A DNA stretch of 50,352 nt from Rudaea sp. Lineage in GTDB: Bacteria; Pseudomonadota; Gammaproteobacteria; Xanthomonadales; Rhodanobacteraceae. Each line of letters opens with the position of its first letter. Position 1 is the stretch's first letter. Shown one piece after another: positions 45,667 through 50,352 of the stretch. A model generated the notes under the pieces. That model saw only the letters and a program-made list of their open reading frames with translations, made no database searches and was not told the origin of the DNA. Location: contig DASSGP010000009.1 in NCBI GenBank assembly GCA_035693405.1, forward strand, positions 1 to 50,352, given 5' to 3'. The translations under genes were made by a program, and so were the position numbers.

Positions 45667-46413
45667 ATGAGCAATCTCTCCGGAAAAACTGCGCTTGTCA
45701 CTGGCGCTTCGCGCGGTATCGGCCGCGCCAGCGCTCTCGCTCTGGCCAAAGCCGGCGCACAGGTACTTGTTCACTACGGCAGCGGCGAGAAGGAAGCCGC
45801 GGCTGTTGTCGCCGAAATCCGCGAGGCCGGAGGCCGCGCCGAAAAGGTAGTCGCCGATCTGAGTGCGCCCGATGGCCCGCACACATTGGCTAAAGCGGTT
45901 CGAGGCATCGTCGGCGATCGCCTGGATATCCTGGTCGCCAATGCAGGGATCTCGAAGGCGGCCAGCGTCGAGGACATGACGGTCGGAGACTTCGACAAGC
46001 TCTTCGCCGTCAACGTGCGGGCGCCTTACTTTCTGGTCCAGCAGCTACTGCCCGCGATGTGCAAGGGCAGCAGCATCGTGTTCATCACCTCGCTTGCCGC
46101 TCGCGCCTCTCTCGGCACCATTTCAGCGTATGGCGCCACCAAAGGCGCGCTTAGCACACTGGTGACGCACTTCGCTTCCGCACTCGGCGAGCGCGGCGTT
46201 CGCGTCAACGCGGTCGCCCCTGGCATCGTCGAAACGGACATGTCGAACTTCACCAAGACCGACGCCGGCCGCGACCTGGCGCTGGGAATGCAAGCCCTGA
46301 AGCGTATCGCCCAGCCCGAAGACATCGGTGGCGTGGTGGCGTTTCTCGCTTCCGACGAAGCGCGCTGGATCACCGGCGACACGGTGCGCGTCGACGGCGG
46401 CTCGAAGCTCTGA
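45667..46413 (+). CDS. Short-chain dehydrogenase/reductase
   Basis: 'TGASRGIG', 'ANAG', 'YGATK', 'APGIVETD'. Confidence 0.95.
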   Translation: MSNLSGKTALVTGASRGIGRASALALAKAGAQVLVHYGSGEKEAAAVVAEIREAGGRAEKVVADLSAPDGPHTLAKAVRGIVGDRLDILVANAGISKAASVEDMTVGDFDKLFAVNVRAPYFLVQQLLPAMCKGSSIVFITSLAARASLGTISAYGATKGALSTLVTHFASALGERGVRVNAVAPGIVETDMSNFTKTDAGRDLALGMQALKRIAQPEDIGGVVAFLASDEARWITGDTVRVDGGSKL

Positions 46414-46487
46414 ATTCCGCGTGCACGCGCAGCACAGATGAAACTAGCCGCGCCAACGCTTCCGTACACAATTTTGGAGATTCCATC

Positions 46488-47135
46488 ATGAGCACTGAAA
46501 GGATGAAGCTTTACCAATCGGCGGGCTCACCCAATTCGCGGCGCGTGCGTTTTTTCCTCGCTGAAAAAGGGTTGTCCATTCCGATCGTCCCCGTCGACCT
46601 GGGCAAAGGCGAGCAACATTCGGAGGCCTACCGGGCGATCAACCCGCGTCGTGTCGTTCCGACGCTCGTGCTGGAAGACGGTACCGCCCTAGGCGAAGTC
46701 CTCGCGATCTGGCGTTACATTGAAGAGGCCTACCCGGAGCGACCCTTGCTGGGCACCACGCCAACAGACAAGGCCCTGGTCACTCTATGGGAACGGCGTG
46801 CCGAGCAAGAAGGATTCGCCTCCGTCATGGAAGGCATCCGCAACGCCGCGGCAAGTCTCAAGGGCCGCGCCATTGCCGGACCGCACGACTACGAGCAGAT
46901 CCCCGCGTTGGTGGGGCGCAGCACTTTGCGTGCGAAGAACTTTTTCGCCGATCTCAACGAACGGCTAGGCCAAGTCCCATTTGTTGCAGGCGATCGCTAT
47001 TCCGCTGCGGACATCACCGCTCTGGTCACCGTCGATTTCGCCGCGAAGGCGATCAATCTGCCGCTGGCGGGGGAGCACGTTGCGCTCAAACGATGGTATG
47101 ACGCAGCATCGAGCCGGCCCAGTGCCGCTGCGTAG
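46488..47135 (+). CDS. Glutathione S-transferase family protein
   Basis: 'SPNSRRVR.FLAEKG', 'NP...VPTL', 'YSAADIT'. Confidence 0.9.
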   Translation: MSTERMKLYQSAGSPNSRRVRFFLAEKGLSIPIVPVDLGKGEQHSEAYRAINPRRVVPTLVLEDGTALGEVLAIWRYIEEAYPERPLLGTTPTDKALVTLWERRAEQEGFASVMEGIRNAAASLKGRAIAGPHDYEQIPALVGRSTLRAKNFFADLNERLGQVPFVAGDRYSAADITALVTVDFAAKAINLPLAGEHVALKRWYDAASSRPSAAA

Positions 47136-47408
47136 TCCCATGACGGGGTCACTCTGCATTGCGTTGGTTGCCGGTGATCTCGCGAGACTTTCCGAGACCA
47201 CTTCCTGTGCAGAGTGAGTTGCGACTCCGGCGCTAAGCGATCCGCCCGCCAGTCGCCACGCGGATGCAGTCTCCAAGAGAAATTCACAACGCAGTTCCGA
47301 TAGATTTCACGAGTGCGATTCAGGATCGATGCTCTCGATGGTTGAGATCGCGTGCCCCGCACACATCATGATATTTGGCGGCAACGTCTGCCCAGAGGAG
47401 TGCAGAGA

Positions 47409-48614
47409 ATGATTGCAATCCCCAACCACCCTGGATCGTCGGCGAATGCCGATGGCACGTTGCCAGTCGATTTGTCGGCTGTTCTGGAGAGCATCGAATG
47501 GCTGACCGGCGATGAAAGTCATGACCTCGACGCTGAGGGACTTGTCGCGGGACTTGGTCTTCGTCTGAGAGGCATCGGTATCCCGCTCGATCGACTCGCT
47601 CTGCACCTGAGAACGATTCACCCCGAGATCCGCGGTCGCACACTGGCATGGGCGCCGGATGAAGAGGTGGAAGTCTATGAGCGCACGCACGGATTCGAAT
47701 TGTCCGGCCCTTTCACGAGCACGCTCCTGCAGCAGATAACGGAGACGCGTGGACCTTTCGTGATCCGCCTCGAAGAATCCGACCGTCCGGACTGGACTGA
47801 AATCGACGTCTTCAAGGATCGTAACCTCGTTGAATTCGTATTCCTTTCCTTGCGCAACGCCGAAGGTGTCGTGGCCACCACCGCGTTCTGCACCAAGCGC
47901 AAGGACGGCTTCACCCCGGCCGAGCGTGCGGCGTTGGAGCGGATAGTCCCGGCGCTGCGCAACGCTTGTGAGCTACGCGCGGTGCGAACGACCGCGCTTG
48001 CTCTGCTCGACACGTATGTCGGCACCGGCACCGCGCAGCGCATATTCGCCGGCCACATTCGCCGCGGCCAGGTCGAGTCGCTCAATGCCGCCCTCATGCT
48101 CAGTGATTTGCGTGGCTTCACGCAGATGTCGAACCGGCTGCCGAGCCAGCGCCTCATCGAACTGCTCGACGACTACTTCGATTGTGTCGTACCGGCAGTC
48201 ACCGCTGCGGGCGGCGAGGTACTGAAATATATGGGCGACGCGGTTCTCGCGTTCTTTCATCGCGACGACGCGGCCGCGGCGTGCATGGCGGCGCTCGACG
48301 GCGCCGTCGGCGCATTGGCGAGGCTCGATCAATTCAGCGCCCCCGACGCCGAGCTCCATGCGGGTATTGCCCTGCATTATGGCGAGGTCAGCTACGGCAA
48401 CATCGGGTCCGGGCACCGACTCGACTACACCTTGATCGGCCCGGACGTCAATCTCGTGAGCAGAATTCAGACGGTTTGCGGCGCAACCGGACAACGCCTG
48501 TTGATGTCTGAGCGTTTCGCCGCACTGCTTGGCGCCTCACGCGCGACCACGATCGGCAACCATGACCTCAAGGGATTTGCCAGTCCGGTGCCGCTATACG
48601 GGCCGATCAGCTGA
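47409..48614 (+). CDS. Class III adenylate/guanylate cyclase with N-terminal GAF-like region
   Basis: 'SDLRGFT', 'VLKYMGDA', 'GIALHYG', 'GNIG..RLDYT.IG.DVN..SR'. Confidence 0.9.
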   Translation: MIAIPNHPGSSANADGTLPVDLSAVLESIEWLTGDESHDLDAEGLVAGLGLRLRGIGIPLDRLALHLRTIHPEIRGRTLAWAPDEEVEVYERTHGFELSGPFTSTLLQQITETRGPFVIRLEESDRPDWTEIDVFKDRNLVEFVFLSLRNAEGVVATTAFCTKRKDGFTPAERAALERIVPALRNACELRAVRTTALALLDTYVGTGTAQRIFAGHIRRGQVESLNAALMLSDLRGFTQMSNRLPSQRLIELLDDYFDCVVPAVTAAGGEVLKYMGDAVLAFFHRDDAAAACMAALDGAVGALARLDQFSAPDAELHAGIALHYGEVSYGNIGSGHRLDYTLIGPDVNLVSRIQTVCGATGQRLLMSERFAALLGASRATTIGNHDLKGFASPVPLYGPIS

Positions 48615-48649
48615 TCGGGCCCGGGAAAGCACCGCCCACCTCGAGAGGC

Positions 48650-49576
48650 TTATGCCGACCCAACTACCTCGTACAACGCGTATTCGCCACTCTTGCCGTG
48701 GATCGGAATATGCATTTTCCGCCCGATTCGAAGCTGCGGCCCCACGCGTGTGTAGAGCGCCTCCGAGATCAGCAGGCGCGTGCCTATCGCCTTGTTGGCG
48801 CTCTCGATGCGGCTTGCAAAATTGACCGCATCACCGATTGCGGTGACACGTTCGCGCCCCGCCGCGCCGACGCTGCCCACGACCGCTTCGCCGAAATGAA
48901 TTCCAATGCGCACGTCGAAACTTCGGCCGTAGGCGGTTTCGAGGTAAGGCTTGAGTGCGTCCATGGTCTCCAGCATCGCCAGTCCCGCTTGGACGGCGTG
49001 GAATGCAGCGCTGTCTTCGGTTTCCTGTTCGGACTCGCTCAGCCCGAACAGCGCCATGAGACCGTCGCCCATGTAATTGTCGATGCAGCCACCAAAGTGT
49101 GAGACGTCGCGGCCCATCGCGTGAAAATACCGGTTCAATACATGCACTACGTCGTGCGGGGGCAGTTGCTCGGAAAACGCGGTGAATTCGCGGATGTCGG
49201 CGAACAGGATCGCCAGTGTACGTTCCTCGCCGGCAGCGACAGGAGCCGTATCCCGCGTGCGCTGATCGACCAAGGCAACGTCGTCATCGTCGAGAATGAG
49301 GCGACGCATCGTTATAGAGTCTTTCGCCGTGGTCTGGCACGCGAGACGCAACTGGCGCGCGAAGCCGAGGCGATCAGCGAGCGCCTGTTCGGCGGCCGTT
49401 CGCGGCGCGCAATCCTCGATGCCATCCATTACCTCGACCCGGCACGTGGAGCAGCGCGCATGGCCGCCGCAGGCGTGTGCATGCGCGACACCGCCGCGCA
49501 ATGATGCGTCGAGCAGAGTCTCGCCCGGCGCTGATTCGATCAGCACATCGTCAGGGAGAATCCGGATAGTGGCCAT
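48650..49576 (-). CDS. 2Fe-2S ferredoxin-class III cyclase fusion
   Basis: 'CGGHARCSTC...RLACQ'; 'FADIREFT', 'DNYMGDG', 'GIHFG', 'IGDAVNFASR'. Confidence 0.92.
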   Translation of the reverse strand: MATIRILPDDVLIESAPGETLLDASLRGGVAHAHACGGHARCSTCRVEVMDGIEDCAPRTAAEQALADRLGFARQLRLACQTTAKDSITMRRLILDDDDVALVDQRTRDTAPVAAGEERTLAILFADIREFTAFSEQLPPHDVVHVLNRYFHAMGRDVSHFGGCIDNYMGDGLMALFGLSESEQETEDSAAFHAVQAGLAMLETMDALKPYLETAYGRSFDVRIGIHFGEAVVGSVGAAGRERVTAIGDAVNFASRIESANKAIGTRLLISEALYTRVGPQLRIGRKMHIPIHGKSGEYALYEVVGSA

Positions 49577-49613
49577 ACGATCTCCGGGATTCTACTTCGC
49601 AAGTATGAAGTAA

Positions 49614-49640
49614 GGCTCCCGCAGCGCTTCCGCGGGAGCC
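49614..49640 (-). terminator. GC-rich hairpin after the DoxX gene, possible intrinsic terminator
   Basis: GGCTCCCGC-N9-GCGGGAGCC; only a weak U-tract follows. Confidence 0.4.
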
Positions 49641-49646
49641 GGGTGA

Positions 49647-50096
49647 TTACTTCGCCTTGCGCGCATCCAGGCTGAGCGCGCCGGCGCCGTTCGCCGCGAG
49701 CATCAGGAAGGCGCCCGCAATGGACACGTTCTTGAAGAACATGATCATCTGTACCTGGTCGGCGAAGTTGTTGTGAAACAGCACGCCGCTCAGCAACGTA
49801 AAGCCGGCCAGCAGCAACGACACCACGCGCGTCTGCCAGCCCAGGATGATCGCGATCGAGCCGAGCACTTCGGTGGCGATCACCAACGGCAGCAGCGCGC
49901 CCGGCACGCCAACCGATGCCATGTAGCCGGCGGTAGCGGTATACGCCCCGATCTTTCCCAGTCCCGACAGCAGGAACAGGGTCATCAGCAGGATGCGTCC
50001 GACCAATTCCGATGTGCTGCGGAGCGTGATCCGCGATTGTGTACCCGACGGTTGCGAGGCGATGCGTGAGTCGAAAGCTTGCGATGAAGTGGACAT
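49647..50096 (-). CDS. DoxX-family membrane protein
   Basis: 'GRILL..LF..SG..K', 'E..G..AIILG.QTR', 'FKN.SIAG', 'GAGALSLD'; AGGAG RBS. Confidence 0.92.
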   Translation of the reverse strand: MSTSSQAFDSRIASQPSGTQSRITLRSTSELVGRILLMTLFLLSGLGKIGAYTATAGYMASVGVPGALLPLVIATEVLGSIAIILGWQTRVVSLLLAGFTLLSGVLFHNNFADQVQMIMFFKNVSIAGAFLMLAANGAGALSLDARKAK

Positions 50097-50148
50097 GATT
50101 GAACTCCTATGGATGGAGAGCGTGTCTCCGTTGGTTGATCAGAAAGGG

Positions 50149-50352
50149 TCAAAGGCGAATGGGCTGTTGCAGACGCCCTGACGCGAGCAGACCAGCGCCG
50201 ATGCGACGGATCTCGGCTTCACCGCGATCGAGCGCGTTGACGTTGGTGTGCACCGAGTAGTAGCCGGTCACGAGATCGTGCGGATGCTTGATCGCCGAGC
50301 CGAGCACGAACGCGGTGTCGCCGTTGGCGACAAAGTCGATGGCGGATTCCGA
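50149..50352 (-). CDS. C-terminal part of a pirin-family protein (truncated by the window edge)
   Basis: My translation: '...FVLGSAIKHPHDLVTGYYSVHT...GEAEIRRIG...'; pirin-DoxX adjacency is common. Confidence 0.7.
   Translation of the reverse strand, partial: SESAIDFVANGDTAFVLGSAIKHPHDLVTGYYSVHTNVNALDRGEAEIRRIGAGLLASGRLQQPIRL

Overview
GC-rich bacterial chromosomal window. A Rhodanobacteraceae-like (Xanthomonadales) origin is inferred from a choice-of-anchor-Q protein with a DxIFxDGF tail, a typical secreted 'G.WY.P..SGHG' domain and CGTC-type REPs. I saw no rRNA, tRNA, CRISPR, integrase or transposase. (1) 0-21 kb: six histidine kinases, including a 10-repeat poly-HAMP hybrid kinase, surround general-stress genes (stand-alone LigD polymerase domain, KGG protein, PA2169-family protein, DUF3606-like protein, EF-hand protein, GGDEF protein). 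The intergenic DNA holds four exact sigma54 (TGGCAC-N5-TTGC) promoters, two variants and a recurring TTGCA-N3-TGCAA palindrome upstream, suggesting a sigma54-driven general stress regulon. (2) 24.4-36.6 kb: a ~12 kb segment bracketed by a 237-bp direct repeat, the duplicated 3' end of a gene. It carries a LytS/LytTR pair and a translationally coupled operon: exported rhodanese, two YeeE/YedE half-transporters, a Cys-less rhodanese with a C-terminal Cys, and a Moco-sulfurase-like PLP enzyme. This is a candidate trans-envelope sulfur relay. (3) 37-50 kb: lipoproteins, DoxX, HD-GYP, MAPEG and GST genes, a LysR-SDR-hydrolase-SDR-GST cluster with an orphan in-frame 'DALFANGFD' tail right after an SDR stop codon, two class III cyclases and a partial pirin. 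All family calls come from motif recognition by eye, not database searches.
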